Assembly (NCBI GenBank): GCA_035698525.1 | Contig: DASSBR010000045.1 | Coordinates: forward strand, 2,290 to 66,289 | Origin: Gammaproteobacteria bacterium | GTDB taxonomy: Bacteria; Pseudomonadota; Gammaproteobacteria; Natronospirales; DASSBR01 | Direction: 5' to 3' | DNA: 64,000 nucleotides | Shown here: positions 34,538 through 45,465 of the stretch, piece after piece | How the letters are laid out: every line of letters starts with the position of its first letter | How positions within the stretch are numbered: the stretch's first letter is position 1 | Notes under the pieces: model-generated | The model's input: only the letters and a program-made list of their open reading frames with translations | Database searches by the model: none | Told to the model about the DNA's origin: nothing | Program-made: the position numbers and the translations under genes

Positions 34538-35406
34538 TTCCAGTCGCTGAATATCTCCGTCAAACGCCCGCGGTGCTGTATATCGTCGCGGCCCTCCTCG
34601 GCCTGCTCGTCGGCAGTTTCCTGAACGTCGTCATCTACCGCCTGCCAGTCATGCTCGACCGGGCCTGGCGGCGCGAGGCTGGTGAAGAACCGCCTGCCGA
34701 CGAAGAACCGTTCAACCTCGCCGTGCCGCGCTCGCGCTGTCGACAATGCGGCCACCTGATCGGAGCGTGGGAGAACATTCCGCTGATCAGTTTCGCGCTG
34801 CTCAAGGGGCGCTGCCGGGACTGCAAGACGCGCATTTCTATACGTTACCCGGCCATTGAATTCCTGAGCGGCGCCCTGTCGGTAATCGTCGTGTGGCAGT
34901 TCGGCGTCAGCGCTGAAACGCTCGCCGCGCTGTTCCTCACTTGGTCGCTGATCGCGCTCGCGTTCATCGACATCGACCACCAGTTGCTGCCGGACATAAT
35001 CACGCTGCCCGTGATGTGGCTGGGTCTCGGACTCAGTCTGTTCTGGACCGAAGGCAGCTTCTTCGCTTCGCCACGTGCTGCGATCATCGGCGCGATCGCC
35101 GGCTACGGCAGTCTGTGGCTGGTATTTCATGCCTTCAAGCTTGCTACCGGCAAGGAAGGCATGGGCTACGGGGATTTCAAGCTGCTGGCGCTGCTCGGCG
35201 CGTGGCTGGGTTGGCAGTTGCTGCCGCTGATTGTGCTTCTCGCCGCGGGCGTGGGTGCGGTGGTCGGCATCAGCATGATTCTTCTGAAGCGCCTGCAGCG
35301 GGAAACGCCGATTCCGTTTGGCCCCTATCTTGCCGCCGCCGGATGGCTTGCAATGCTGTGGGGGCATCCCATTATGCAAGCGTATCTGACCACGATGGCG
35401 CGGTGA
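34534..35406 (+). CDS. pilD: Prepilin peptidase / N-methyltransferase PilD
   Basis: GLLVGSFLNVVIYRLP, CRQCGH...CRDC zinc motif, catalytic GYGDFKLL. A TTG start overlaps the pilC stop. Confidence 0.9.
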   Translation: MIPVAEYLRQTPAVLYIVAALLGLLVGSFLNVVIYRLPVMLDRAWRREAGEEPPADEEPFNLAVPRSRCRQCGHLIGAWENIPLISFALLKGRCRDCKTRISIRYPAIEFLSGALSVIVVWQFGVSAETLAALFLTWSLIALAFIDIDHQLLPDIITLPVMWLGLGLSLFWTEGSFFASPRAAIIGAIAGYGSLWLVFHAFKLATGKEGMGYGDFKLLALLGAWLGWQLLPLIVLLAAGVGAVVGISMILLKRLQRETPIPFGPYLAAAGWLAMLWGHPIMQAYLTTMAR

Positions 35407-35409
35407 TCA

Positions 35410-36006
35410 GTGCTGCGCGTCGGTCTGACCGGCGGCATCGCTTGCGGCAAATCGGCCGCGGCCGCTGAGTTTGCACGACTTGGTGTACCGATCGTCGACG
35501 CCGACGAAGCAAGCCGCGACATCACGGCGCCCGGTTCGCCCGTCCTGCCGGAACTTGCGGCGCTCGTTCCGCGCGAACCGCTGATCGTCAACAAAGCGCT
35601 CGACCGCAAGCGGCTGCGGCAGTTGATGTTCGCGGACCCCACGTTGCGCCAGCGGATTGAAGCCATTCTTCATCCGCGAATTATCGAAAAGATGCGCGCC
35701 GACATCGCAGCGATGAACGGCGATTACGTCATTGTCGCCATTCCACTACTGACAGAAGCCGGCGTATCGGATCTCGTGGACCGGGTATTGGTGCTCGATT
35801 GCCCGGAAGCAGTTCAGATTGAGCGGCTCATGCGGCGGGACGGTGAGACGAAGGAAAGCGCGCGGCGCATTCTCGAGGCACAGGCGACGCGGGAGGAGCG
35901 GCTCGCGCTGGCGGACGATGTAATCGACAACAGCGGTGCGTTGAACGAACTGCGAGCGGCGGTTGGCGAGCTTCATCGGCGCTATCGATTCATTGCGCGC
36001 GGTTAA
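35410..36006 (+). CDS. coaE: Dephospho-CoA kinase
   Basis: VGLTGGIACGKS P-loop. GTG start. Conserved pilD-coaE synteny. Confidence 0.9.
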   Translation: MLRVGLTGGIACGKSAAAAEFARLGVPIVDADEASRDITAPGSPVLPELAALVPREPLIVNKALDRKRLRQLMFADPTLRQRIEAILHPRIIEKMRADIAAMNGDYVIVAIPLLTEAGVSDLVDRVLVLDCPEAVQIERLMRRDGETKESARRILEAQATREERLALADDVIDNSGALNELRAAVGELHRRYRFIARG

Positions 36007-36014
36007 GTCCAAGT

Positions 36015-38066
36015 TCACGACGTGTCACCGTTGACCCATGGCAAATTTGCCCCAATAGCATTGCTGGTCACCGCCTGAAGGTGCACTTCCAGCGCTGTGG
36101 CGAGCGATCTGGCGAATGTTGCGCTCAGATGCCGTTCATCGCGGAACACCACCATGCCGTTTCGTTCAGCACGGCATTCGCCATCTGGACAGACGGCATC
36201 GTTCATGTCAACGACACTCACGTTCATGAAGTTGTCGGCTGCCATTTGCAGGGCCCGGTACACTACGTCGCTGCGAGCGCTGGCGGCCGGCGCGACGCAG
36301 GCGCTTTTGGGTGACAGCGCCATGTAAAGCCAGCTGCGTGGCGCGAGGCAAGCAGGACCATTGAATGGTAAAAGAGGAGTCGAACGCAGAATATAGATGT
36401 GCTCCGCGGCGCTGCTGATTGCCTGCAATACGCGAGTTGTCCCGCCGATCCATTGCTTCCGAGTAAAGTCGTAAGTAAATGTCGATCCAAGAATAATGAC
36501 ATCCGGCTTGAGGCCGGCTACGACCTTCAAAGCGCTCCGTCTCCATTTAGCACAGTTGGCATAGATACGATGGATGCGCTCGTAGTAGAGCGGAACGTCC
36601 ACCATCGGGCACGAGGATTTCGTCAGCACAAGTAACCGCCAACCGGGCTTGTTGAATGCTTCCAAAATGGCGGGGAACCACTGCAGGGCGACACTATCGC
36701 CCATGGCGACCGCGGTATGCCCTGCATTTCTATCACCAAATCCACAGACGTGTACTTCCGCGCTGTGATACCAATCGTCGCAACCCATGTGATAAATCAC
36801 GGGCGCATCGTTCGCTGCTTGCAGATACTTCAGTTGTGCGGGCTGGGTGAGTTGATTCATTGCCGCGCCGTTCCACTGCACGGCCAATATCACGGCGACC
36901 GCCATCAAGACCAAAGATGAACTTACCGCCAGCCGCGGTCGCGCGATGATACGCGCGCTGCACCGAATCGGCGTCTCTACGAATCGATACGAAGCCGTTG
37001 CCAAAATGAACGACAGCGTGACCAGAGCAAGCCGAATCCATGGATTTGCTTCATTGACGAGTGAAGCGCCCAGCAACAGCACGGGCCAGTGCCAGAGATA
37101 CCATGAATAGGATACATGACCGACCGCCTGCATCGGGCGCAGCGACAACAATTTGCCGATACCGGCTCGTGGCGATGCCGCACCGGCAGCCAGCACCGCT
37201 GCGGTGCCAACAGCAGGCAGTAATGCCCACAGCCCGGGATAAGGCATGTTGCCATTCAGTAATAGCGCCGACGCAACGATCAGCGCCAAACCTAGCACGC
37301 CCGCCACACGGTACAGCGCAGTGCGAACGGCGGACTTCGCAGTCTGATCGCCTCGCGCAGCCGTTGTTGCCGGACTGCCGAAGAACAGAAACACCAGCGC
37401 CCCGAGCGCGAACTGCCACGCGCGAGACGGCATCATGTAGAACCCCAATCGCGGTGCGTGGTGGGTCCAGAAGACACACACCACCAGGCTGAGGGCGAAA
37501 ATGGCGGCCATTGCCCATTTCAGCCAGCGAAGGTGTCGCAGCCGTTTAGCGCCTTCCCACGCACCCAGCACAAACACAAGGAACAGCGGCCACACCAGGT
37601 AAAACTGTTCTTCGACACCGAGAGACCAAGTGTGCAGAAACAAGTTGGACTTGGCGCCAGGGCTGAAATACGCGAGCTTCGCGAACGCAAAATGAAAGTT
37701 ACTCAACCAAGCCGCCGCGCTCCTGGCGGCCGCGGCTTGCCCGATTTGCGCCTCCGGCGTGATCAGCAGCGAGCCCAATACGCCGCAAGTTCCGAGCATC
37801 AGCAGCAGGGCGGGCAGTAACCGGCGGAGGCGCCGCGCGTAAAAGACGGCAAAGCGCATGTCGCGGGTTGACTGAATTTCCCGTACCAGCAGGCCGGTGA
37901 TGAGATAGCCGGACAGAACAAAAAAAACATCCACCCCGACGAAGCCGCCGGCTAGCCACGTCACTTTGGCATGGGCCGCTACTACCAACAGGATGGCGAC
38001 GGCGCGCAATCCTTCAACATCGCTACGGTAACCGAGGCGATAGGTAGAGTTCGACTCTGGTGACAC
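36015..38066 (-). CDS. OafA/OatA-like acyltransferase-3 with C-terminal SGNH domain
   Basis: N-terminal YRSDVEGLRAVAILLVVAAH and ~10 TM helices, plus a C-terminal soluble SGNH-like domain (AVAMGDSVALQW...). 683 aa. Confidence 0.8.
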   Translation of the reverse strand: MSPESNSTYRLGYRSDVEGLRAVAILLVVAAHAKVTWLAGGFVGVDVFFVLSGYLITGLLVREIQSTRDMRFAVFYARRLRRLLPALLLMLGTCGVLGSLLITPEAQIGQAAAARSAAAWLSNFHFAFAKLAYFSPGAKSNLFLHTWSLGVEEQFYLVWPLFLVFVLGAWEGAKRLRHLRWLKWAMAAIFALSLVVCVFWTHHAPRLGFYMMPSRAWQFALGALVFLFFGSPATTAARGDQTAKSAVRTALYRVAGVLGLALIVASALLLNGNMPYPGLWALLPAVGTAAVLAAGAASPRAGIGKLLSLRPMQAVGHVSYSWYLWHWPVLLLGASLVNEANPWIRLALVTLSFILATASYRFVETPIRCSARIIARPRLAVSSSLVLMAVAVILAVQWNGAAMNQLTQPAQLKYLQAANDAPVIYHMGCDDWYHSAEVHVCGFGDRNAGHTAVAMGDSVALQWFPAILEAFNKPGWRLLVLTKSSCPMVDVPLYYERIHRIYANCAKWRRSALKVVAGLKPDVIILGSTFTYDFTRKQWIGGTTRVLQAISSAAEHIYILRSTPLLPFNGPACLAPRSWLYMALSPKSACVAPAASARSDVVYRALQMAADNFMNVSVVDMNDAVCPDGECRAERNGMVVFRDERHLSATFARSLATALEVHLQAVTSNAIGANLPWVNGDTS

Positions 38067-38205
38067 GATCCTGGCTCCCCGTGCTGATCGTTAGTTCGTC
38101 CGAACTTGTCGGCCGGAAAATAGTGACATATCACGAACAAAAGGTCCATTGGTACGCCCGCTGCTGCCATTTGCCGAAACAGCTTTCTAAGTGGACAATA
38201 CAGTC

Positions 38206-39015
38206 ATGCGATCAACCGTCTCGGAACGCGAGCAAGAAGCCGCGGCAACCGAATCAATTATCTACGAGCAACCGCTGACCGAGCGGGTGCGAACTTTCCT
38301 GCGCCTCAAATTCCTGCTGAGCCAGACCGAGCAATATGCGCGGTCGGAAAGTGCGTGGGATAGTCGGACGGCAATAGCCGCCCTGCTTGATATCGCTGAC
38401 ATGCTGACGCGCGGCAACGCGCGCGGCGAAGCGCTCAAGGAGCTCGACTCGCAGATCGGCGTGCTCGCGTTGCTGCGCGACAATCCGGACGTGGATAACC
38501 CGCGCCTGCTCGGGGTGCTTCGCCAGCTCGAACGCCTGAAAGCAGAACTCAGCGACCGCAAGGGACCAGCCGGGCAGCGGCTGCGCGACAATGAGTTCCT
38601 CAGCGCCATCAAACATCGCAGCGCAATTCCCGGCGGTACGTGTGAGTTCGATCTGCCCGGCTATCACTTCTGGCTATCGCAACCGACCGAACGGCGAGCA
38701 ACGGACATCGATGCCTGGCTCAAGGAACTCGCGCCGCTGCACGAGGCGATCTCGGTGCTGCTCGATCTGAATCGCCAGAGCGCGGATGCGGTTCCGCAAG
38801 TCGCCGAGGACGGCGTTTTTCAATATGACATGCGCAACCAGTCGAACTGCCAACTGATTCGCGTGCTTTTGCCGGCCGCTTCCAAAGTCTTTCCTGAAAT
38901 CAGCGGCGGCCGCCATCGCGTAACGATTCGCTTCTTCGACCGGCCCGACATCAACGCCCGCCCGAGGCAGGTCGATTACGATGTCGATTTCGACTTGATG
39001 TTATGCCACCTGTAA
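38206..39015 (+). CDS. zapD: Cell division protein ZapD
   Basis: [21 protein letters not shown] parallels E. coli ZapD (LFEHPLNEKMRTWLRIEFL). coaE-zapD-yacG synteny. ATG at 38206 (GTG at 38191 possible). Confidence 0.85.
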   Translation: MRSTVSEREQEAAATESIIYEQPLTERVRTFLRLKFLLSQTEQYARSESAWDSRTAIAALLDIADMLTRGNARGEALKELDSQIGVLALLRDNPDVDNPRLLGVLRQLERLKAELSDRKGPAGQRLRDNEFLSAIKHRSAIPGGTCEFDLPGYHFWLSQPTERRATDIDAWLKELAPLHEAISVLLDLNRQSADAVPQVAEDGVFQYDMRNQSNCQLIRVLLPAASKVFPEISGGRHRVTIRFFDRPDINARPRQVDYDVDFDLMLCHL

Positions 39016-39188
39016 GTGACCCTGCGCCGCACGAAGTGCCCTGCCCGCAGTGCGGACGGCTGGTGGAATGGTCGGAAGCTGCCCCGTTTCGGCCGTTTTG
39101 CAGCGAGCGGTGCCGGTTGATTGATCTGGGGGAATGGTTTGACGAGAGTCATGCGATTCCGGGGGACGAAGGAGATGAGGGGAGCTAA
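39003..39188 (+). CDS. yacG: DNA gyrase inhibitor YacG (zinc finger)
   Basis: CPQCGR...[17 protein letters not shown]. Confidence 0.85.
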   Translation: MPPVSDPAPHEVPCPQCGRLVEWSEAAPFRPFCSERCRLIDLGEWFDESHAIPGDEGDEGS

Positions 39189-40132
39189 AGCAGAAATCGT
39201 ATCCCCGCTATGCCTTGCCCGCTGAGGCTTTGCACACGTGCCACGTCGCCCGGCGTCATCCCACCAATCGCATAGGCGGGCAGATTGCTGGTCGCGACGA
39301 GATTCTCGAAGCCATCCCAGCCCAGTACGGGCCCGTCAGGGTGACTCGACGTCGGCTGCACCGTTCCGATGAAAACGTAATCCAGCCCCAGCCGGTTTGC
39401 GTGCCGGACTTCCGCCGCGCTGTGACACGATGCACCAATCCAGCCGGAGAACTCCGGTCGCGCGTTCAGCGCCATTAACTGCCGTGCACTCACGTGCAGC
39501 CCGTCGGCGTCAAGCAGGCCCGCTTCAGTCGCCTCGCCATTCCAGATAAACAGCACGCGCTGTTCGCGGCAGATATTACGCACCGCCCCGCCCAGGCCGA
39601 TTCGGTCCACGTCCGCCGGAAGCCGGCATTGCAGCATCGGCACGCCGTTCCGGATTGTCTCGTCAATCTGCTGCAGCCATGCATCAATGTTTTCCGCTGG
39701 CGCGGGCGTAACCCAACAGCGTTCAGGGAGACTCAGGGCCGCAACAATGGGCCGATCCGCTTCGAGTAAGTCGCAGTCGGGCAGCTTTTGAATTGGCATC
39801 CACGCGAGCGGCTGTCCTTCGAGCGGCCGCGGTGTACCGCGATATTTTCCAACGCGAAAAATATCCAGATCGACAGAGAGTTCAGGATAGTCGTGATGCA
39901 GGCGAATGAGCGGTGTGGCCTGTTCGACCTCGACGCCCAGTTCCTCGCGCAGTTCGCGCTTCAGCGCTTCGGTTGGCGATTCGCCGCCGAAGAGCTTGCC
40001 GCCGGGGAATTCCCAGCGGCCCGGCATCGGTTTGTTCCGCGGGCGTTGGGCCAGGAGGATGTCGCCGGCTGGGTTCTGCAGAACGCCAGCGACTACTTTG
40101 ATAGTTTGTTCCCGTTTCGCAGGAGAGATCAC
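39185..40132 (-). CDS. mutT: Nudix (MutT-type 8-oxo-dGTP diphosphatase) fused to a thiamine-phosphate-synthase-like (TMP-TENI) domain
   Basis: Nudix box [25 protein letters not shown]-terminal ThiE-like [10 protein letters not shown]...[14 protein letters not shown]...AIGG. Start set to the GTG at 40132, forming a GTGA overlap with the secA stop. secA-mutT synteny. Confidence 0.8.
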   Translation of the reverse strand: MISPAKREQTIKVVAGVLQNPAGDILLAQRPRNKPMPGRWEFPGGKLFGGESPTEALKRELREELGVEVEQATPLIRLHHDYPELSVDLDIFRVGKYRGTPRPLEGQPLAWMPIQKLPDCDLLEADRPIVAALSLPERCWVTPAPAENIDAWLQQIDETIRNGVPMLQCRLPADVDRIGLGGAVRNICREQRVLFIWNGEATEAGLLDADGLHVSARQLMALNARPEFSGWIGASCHSAAEVRHANRLGLDYVFIGTVQPTSSHPDGPVLGWDGFENLVATSNLPAYAIGGMTPGDVARVQSLSGQGIAGIRFLL

Positions 40133-42825
40133 AGCCGCCCGTGGCACTGCTTGTATTTCAAGCCCGAGCCGCAGGGACAAGGTTCGTTTCGCCCGACTTT
40201 GCGCTCGCTGCGCACATACGTCTGAACCCGCTCCGGCTCCTGTTGCGGCTGTTCCGGATCACCGGTCGCGGTCGGCGCCTGCGCATGCTCGAACTTCATT
40301 TTCTGCTCGCGCCGGCGCTGGGCTTCCACGGCTTCAACATCTTCGCTCGCCACCCGCACCTTGCTCAGGATCGAGATCGTCTCGAACTTGATGCGGTCGA
40401 GCATGGTGGCGAACATCTCGAAGGCTTCGGTCTTATAAGCCTGCTTCGGATCGACCTGCGCATAGCCGCGCAGGTGAATGCCCTGGCGCAGATAGTCCAG
40501 CGCGCCGAGGTGTTCCTTCCAGTGCTGGTCGAGAATCTGCAGCATGATCTGCTGCTCGAACTGACGCATGACGGGTGCGCCGACAGCTTCTTCCTTCTGC
40601 CTGTAAATGGCTTCGATCTCGTTGAGGATTCGCTCGCGCAACGTCTCTTCATGCAGCGACGTATCCTCTTCGAGCCAATGTCCGATGTCGGCATTGAACT
40701 CAAACTCGCGCGCGAGCGCGTCACTCAGCCCCTTGACGTCCCACTGCTCTTCCATGCTGTTTGGCGGAACGTATTCGCTGATAACGCTGTTCACAACATC
40801 GTCGCGAATCGCCTCGATGATTCGCGACACATCCTTGGCTTGCATCAGCTCGTCGCGCTGTTCGTAAATCACCTTACGCTGGTCGTTGGCGACGTCGTCG
40901 TATTCGAGCAACTGCTTGCGGATATCGAAGTTGTGGCCTTCGACCTTGCGCTGCGCGTTTTCGATTGCCTTCGTGACCCACGGATGTTCGATCGCTTCGC
41001 CTTCCTGCATGCCGAAACGCTGCATCAGCGACTTGACCTTGTCCGACGCAAAAATGCGCATCAGGTTGTCTTCGAGCGACAGGTAAAAGCGGCTGGAGCC
41101 GGGGTCGCCCTGTCGGCCGGAACGGCCGCGAAGCTGGTTGTCGATACGGCGCGACTCGTGCCGTTCGGTGCCGATAATGTGCAGGCCGCCCGCGTCCAGC
41201 ACCTGTTGATGCCGCTTTTTCCATTCGGCGCGCACGCGTTCCTTGCCGACTTCGTCGTCGCCCACCTTGGCCAACTCGGCGTCCATGCTACCGCCGAGCA
41301 CGATGTCGGTGCCGCGGCCGGCCATGTTGGTCGCAATGGTGACCTTGCCGGGCCGGCCCGCCTCCTCGACGATCTGCGCTTCGCGCTCATGCTGCTTCGC
41401 GTTCAGCACGTCGTGCGAAACGTTTCTCTTCTTCAGCAGCCCGGACAGGTATTCCGACGTTTCGATCGACGTCGTTCCGACCAGCGCCGGCTGACCGCGT
41501 TCCTGGCAGTTACAAATGTCCTCGATGATTGCGTCGAACTTGTCCTTGGTGGACAGGTACACCTGGTCCGCCCGGTCGTCGCGAATCATGGGCTTGTTGG
41601 TCGGAATAACGACGACTTCGAGGCCGTAAATTTCCTGGAACTCGAACGCTTCGGTATCGGCCGTGCCGGTCATGCCCGAAAGCTTGTGATACATGCGGAA
41701 GTAGTTTTGGAACGTGATCGAGGCGAGCGTCTGGTTCTCCGCCTGAATCTGGACCTTTTCCTTGGCCTCGACCGCCTGGTGCAAGCCTTCGGACCAGCGG
41801 CGGCCGGGCATCGTGCGGCCGGTGAACTCGTCGACAATGACGACTTCGCCGTTATTGACGATGTAATCGACCTCGCGCTGGAACAGCGCGTGCGCGCGCA
41901 GTGCCGCGTTGACGTGATGCATCAGACTGATGTTCGAGGCATCGTACAGGCTCTCGCCGCTGGATAGCAGGCCGGCCTCGATCATCATCTTCTCAACTTT
42001 TTGATGGCCGTCCTCGGTCAGATAAACCTGCTTCTGCTTTTCGTCGACCGAATAGTCGCCCGGGCCGTCTTCCTCTTCCTGGCGCGTGAGGCGCGGAATC
42101 AGGCGATTGACCTTGACGTACAACTCGGTATTGTCGTCCACCGCGCCGGAAATGATCAGCGGTGTGCGCGCCTCGTCGATCAGAATCGAGTCCACCTCGT
42201 CGACGATCGAATAATGCAGCGCGCGTTGCACTTTGTCTTCCGGCCCGAAGGCCATGTTGTCGCGCAGGTAATCGAAGCCGAATTCGTTGTTGGTGCCATA
42301 GGTGATGTCGGCCGCGTAGGCATCGCGCTTCTCGGCCGGATCCTGCTGCGTCAGGATGACGCCGACGGTCATGTCCAGGGCCTCGTACACCGGCCTCATC
42401 CATTCGGCGTCGCGGCTGGCGAGATAGTCGTTGACAGTCACCAGATGCACGCCCTTGCCCGGCAGCGCATTCAGGTAGACCGCGAGCGTTGCCATCAGCG
42501 TCTTGCCTTCGCCGGTGCGCATTTCAGCGATCTTGCCCTGGTGTAGCACTATGCCGCCGATCAACTGCACGTCGAAGTGGCGCATGCCGAGATGGCGCTT
42601 GGACGCCTCGCGCACTGCGGCGAAGGCTTCCGGCAGCAGATCGTCGAGGCTCTCGCCGGCGGCGAGGCGCTCGCGGAATTCGACCGTTTTGGCCTTGAGC
42701 GCCGCTTCGTCCAACGCCTCGAAATCGGCCTCGAGTGCGTTAATTCGCTCGACCTGGCGGCGCATCGATCGAACGATCCGGTCGTTGCGGGTTCCAAAAA
42801 TCTTTTTGACTACGCTTGCTACCAT
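40129..42825 (-). CDS. secA: Preprotein translocase ATPase SecA
   Basis: 898 aa. MRTGEGKTL Walker [21 protein letters not shown]-terminal zinc motif [14 protein letters not shown]. Confidence 0.97.
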   Translation of the reverse strand: MVASVVKKIFGTRNDRIVRSMRRQVERINALEADFEALDEAALKAKTVEFRERLAAGESLDDLLPEAFAAVREASKRHLGMRHFDVQLIGGIVLHQGKIAEMRTGEGKTLMATLAVYLNALPGKGVHLVTVNDYLASRDAEWMRPVYEALDMTVGVILTQQDPAEKRDAYAADITYGTNNEFGFDYLRDNMAFGPEDKVQRALHYSIVDEVDSILIDEARTPLIISGAVDDNTELYVKVNRLIPRLTRQEEEDGPGDYSVDEKQKQVYLTEDGHQKVEKMMIEAGLLSSGESLYDASNISLMHHVNAALRAHALFQREVDYIVNNGEVVIVDEFTGRTMPGRRWSEGLHQAVEAKEKVQIQAENQTLASITFQNYFRMYHKLSGMTGTADTEAFEFQEIYGLEVVVIPTNKPMIRDDRADQVYLSTKDKFDAIIEDICNCQERGQPALVGTTSIETSEYLSGLLKKRNVSHDVLNAKQHEREAQIVEEAGRPGKVTIATNMAGRGTDIVLGGSMDAELAKVGDDEVGKERVRAEWKKRHQQVLDAGGLHIIGTERHESRRIDNQLRGRSGRQGDPGSSRFYLSLEDNLMRIFASDKVKSLMQRFGMQEGEAIEHPWVTKAIENAQRKVEGHNFDIRKQLLEYDDVANDQRKVIYEQRDELMQAKDVSRIIEAIRDDVVNSVISEYVPPNSMEEQWDVKGLSDALAREFEFNADIGHWLEEDTSLHEETLRERILNEIEAIYRQKEEAVGAPVMRQFEQQIMLQILDQHWKEHLGALDYLRQGIHLRGYAQVDPKQAYKTEAFEMFATMLDRIKFETISILSKVRVASEDVEAVEAQRRREQKMKFEHAQAPTATGDPEQPQQEPERVQTYVRSERKVGRNEPCPCGSGLKYKQCHGRL

Positions 42826-42871
42826 GTCATTACCAAGTCTGCCCCCCTCCCGCCGGGAGCCCTCATCCTAA

Positions 42872-42892
42872 CCTTCTCCCGAAGGGAGAAGG
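42872..42892. repeat. Degenerate REP-like hairpin
   Basis: ccttctccc-gaa-gggagaagg preceded by ccctcatcc. A diverged relative of the CCCTCACCC...CCCTCTCCC-N4-GGGAGAGGG family, in the secA upstream intergenic region. Confidence 0.4.
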
Positions 42893-42933
42893 GACAAGAA
42901 TTGCCTGAACCGTGAGATGCCGAAAAGCGGGCG

Positions 42934-43854
42934 TCAGTTGCCGCGAACGAACTTCAGCGGATTAATCTCGCGCCCATGATACAGCACTTCCAAATGCACA
43001 TGCGGACCGGTCGAATGCCCGGTCGAGCCCATCAGCGAGATCACCTGGCCTTTGGCGACCGCCTCGCCCACTTTGACCAGTATCTTCCTGTTATGACCGT
43101 AGCGGGTGGCGTAGCCATGACCATTGTCGACCTCGACAAGGTTGCCGTAGCCGTACCACGGACCCGCCCAGGTCACGATTCCGGCGGCGATCGCGTGCAC
43201 CGGCGTGCCCTTTTTGCCGGCGAAATCGATGCCGGGATGAAAACCGGACCGACCAGTGATCGGGTCAACGCGCCGGCCGAAGTACGACGAAATCCAGCCA
43301 CCCTTGATCGGCCGCCCCGACGGGTGCATCTCATTTTGAAGATTGCGGTGCATGAGGATGTTTTCAAGCGCGGAAAGCTGATGGCCGAGGCCGCGAATGG
43401 AACTGGAGGCGCTGGAAAGGGAATTGAGCAATGCGGAGTCTTGAACCGGCGTTGCTGGCAGATCGATCTCGGGTCCGCCTTCAGCAGGCGGTTCGTCGAA
43501 ATTGAACTCGCCCGGATCGAGACCGGCCATCTTGATGAGTTCGCGGCCGAGGGCGTTCAGGCGGATAATGTGTGCCTGCATTTCGCCGACGCGGCCGGAA
43601 AGCGCGGCGATGCTGGCGCGGGTATGATCTTTTGCGGCTTGCACCGAGCGTTGTTCGGCCGCGATGCGATTCTTCCAGGCGTCGATTTGCGCAAGCGACG
43701 CCGATTCGCTTAAATGGCGTCCACTGAACATGCCGACCGTGAAAACGGCGGCGACAATCGCGATGCCCACGAGCAGGGACGGCAACAGGAAGCCCAGGCG
43801 CGTAGCATCGTACTGCCGGCGGCGACCGGCGCGCGAAATCAGGATTATATTCAT
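42934..43854 (-). CDS. M23 family metallopeptidase (murein DD-endopeptidase-like) with N-terminal membrane anchor and coiled coil
   Basis: HPGIDFAG...GYGNLVEVDNGHGYATRYGHN...STGPHVHLEV (HxxxD and HxH motifs). Start at MNIILISRAG (43854). Confidence 0.8.
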   Translation of the reverse strand: MNIILISRAGRRRQYDATRLGFLLPSLLVGIAIVAAVFTVGMFSGRHLSESASLAQIDAWKNRIAAEQRSVQAAKDHTRASIAALSGRVGEMQAHIIRLNALGRELIKMAGLDPGEFNFDEPPAEGGPEIDLPATPVQDSALLNSLSSASSSIRGLGHQLSALENILMHRNLQNEMHPSGRPIKGGWISSYFGRRVDPITGRSGFHPGIDFAGKKGTPVHAIAAGIVTWAGPWYGYGNLVEVDNGHGYATRYGHNRKILVKVGEAVAKGQVISLMGSTGHSTGPHVHLEVLYHGREINPLKFVRGN

Positions 43855-43869
43855 GGCGATCGAATCACG

Positions 43870-44301
43870 ATGAAGCCCCATTCCCGTCATCTGTTGCAGG
43901 CATCCGGGCCTCACCTGACGCGGCTCGTGCAACGCGCGCAGGCTCTCGATCGTCTTACCGCGGCGGTACGGACTCTCCTGACGCCCGCCGTCGCAAGCCA
44001 CTGCCGCGGCGTTTCGCTAGGCGATCGATCCTTGACAATATTCGTCGATAATCCAGTTTGGACTACCCGGGTTCGTTTTTATCAGAACGACATCCGCAAT
44101 GGGCTTAAACGGCAATTCAAGACCGATGTGCGGCGCATCCAGGTCAAGGTAATGCCGCGCCGCTTCGGCCCGCCCGCCCCGCAGAACGAGCCGCGGCGGA
44201 TGACGGCGGCGACTCGCGATTTGCTGCGCACGACCGCGGACGGGATAGATGATCCTGAGCTTGCGGAAGCGCTGCGGCGGTTGGGGCGTTATTCCGAATA
44301 A
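43870..44301 (+). CDS. DUF721 (DciA-like) protein
   Basis: 143 aa. [31 protein letters not shown] resembles the DUF721 core. Typical position between lpxC and secA in gammaproteobacteria. Confidence 0.65.
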   Translation: MKPHSRHLLQASGPHLTRLVQRAQALDRLTAAVRTLLTPAVASHCRGVSLGDRSLTIFVDNPVWTTRVRFYQNDIRNGLKRQFKTDVRRIQVKVMPRRFGPPAPQNEPRRMTAATRDLLRTTADGIDDPELAEALRRLGRYSE

Positions 44302-45200
44302 ACCGGCGCCATGTACGAAATCGGCGCGGCGCGGTGATCCTTGAATGTTACTTCTTCCCAGGCGCTCCGGTCGGCCAGCAGCGCGCGCAGAATCGCGTTG
44401 TTGAGGCCATGCCCCGATTTATACGCACTGAACGAACCGATCAGGCTGTGGCCGAGCAGATACAGGTCGCCGATCGAGTCCAGCACCTTGTGCTTGACGA
44501 ACTCATCTTCGTAGCGCAGCCCGTCTTCGTTGAGAATGCGGAAGTCGTCCAGCGCGATCGCGTTGTCGAGCGACGCGCCCAGCGTCAGGTGCCGCTCGCG
44601 CAGCATCTCGATGTCGCGCATGAAACCGAACGTACGCGCGCGGCTGACTTCCTTGACGAACGACGTCGTCGAGAAATCGATAATCGCCGTCTGGCTGTGC
44701 TTCTTGAAAATGGGGTGATCGAAGTCGATCTCGAGCGCGACCTTGAAGCCGTCGAACGGCTCGAAGCGCGCCCACTTGTCGTCCTGTTCGACTTCGATGC
44801 TTTTCTTGACGCGAATGAATTTCTTCGGCGCACCCTGTTCCTCGATACCGGCAGACTGGATCAGGAACACAAACGGACCGGCGCTGCCGTCCATGATCGG
44901 CACTTCCGGGGCGCTCAAATCGACATAGGCATTGTCGATGCCGAGGCCGGCGAACGCGGAGAGCAGGTGTTCCACGGTGGAAACGCGGACGCCGTTCTGG
45001 ATGAGCGTGGTGCCGAGGGTGGTTTCGCCGACATTGGTGGCGGTGGCCGTGATGTCCACCGGCTCGTCGAGATCGATGCGCCTGAAGACAATGCCGCTGT
45101 TCACTGCCGCCGGCCTGAGCGTCATATAAACCTTTTCGCCGGTATGCAGCCCCACGCCGGTAGCGTGAATGGTATTCTTCAGCGTGCGTTGTTTCAGCAT
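44289..45200 (-). CDS. lpxC: UDP-3-O-acyl-N-acetylglucosamine deacetylase
   Basis: [31 protein letters not shown]...HHKVLD-type region [17 protein letters not shown]. 303 aa. Confidence 0.95.
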   Translation of the reverse strand: MLKQRTLKNTIHATGVGLHTGEKVYMTLRPAAVNSGIVFRRIDLDEPVDITATATNVGETTLGTTLIQNGVRVSTVEHLLSAFAGLGIDNAYVDLSAPEVPIMDGSAGPFVFLIQSAGIEEQGAPKKFIRVKKSIEVEQDDKWARFEPFDGFKVALEIDFDHPIFKKHSQTAIIDFSTTSFVKEVSRARTFGFMRDIEMLRERHLTLGASLDNAIALDDFRILNEDGLRYEDEFVKHKVLDSIGDLYLLGHSLIGSFSAYKSGHGLNNAILRALLADRSAWEEVTFKDHRAAPISYMAPVYSE

Positions 45201-45415
45201 GTCGAACCAGTAGCCTCGCTCATGGACATGTTCGCCAGTTTATCGTCGACTCGCGGATCAGTCCGTTGACCGGTAGGCAGTTCTTAAATGGCGCCTGTAA
45301 CGAGCCCTTGAGCCCGTTGACAGGCGGCGCCCATGCTGCCAGCGCAATCGGGGTCGAGTAGCGTAACATAGTCCATAAAACTGTCGCAAGTCCCTGATTC
45401 GTGGTCTCTTCCTGC

Positions 45416-45442
45416 GACCCCTCTCCGGCCGGGAGAGGGGTC
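45416..45442. repeat. REP-like hairpin downstream of ftsZ
   Basis: gacccctctcc-ggccg-ggagaggggtc, an 11-bp perfect stem with the same CCCTCTCC/GGAGAGGG core as the other copies. Confidence 0.5.
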
Positions 45443-45465
45443 CGGGAGCACGAGTGAGACTGTCT

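Noticed and set aside
40141-41967. 608-aa plus-strand ORF
   Set aside because: Antisense to secA; same high-GC antisense artefact, with no motifs.
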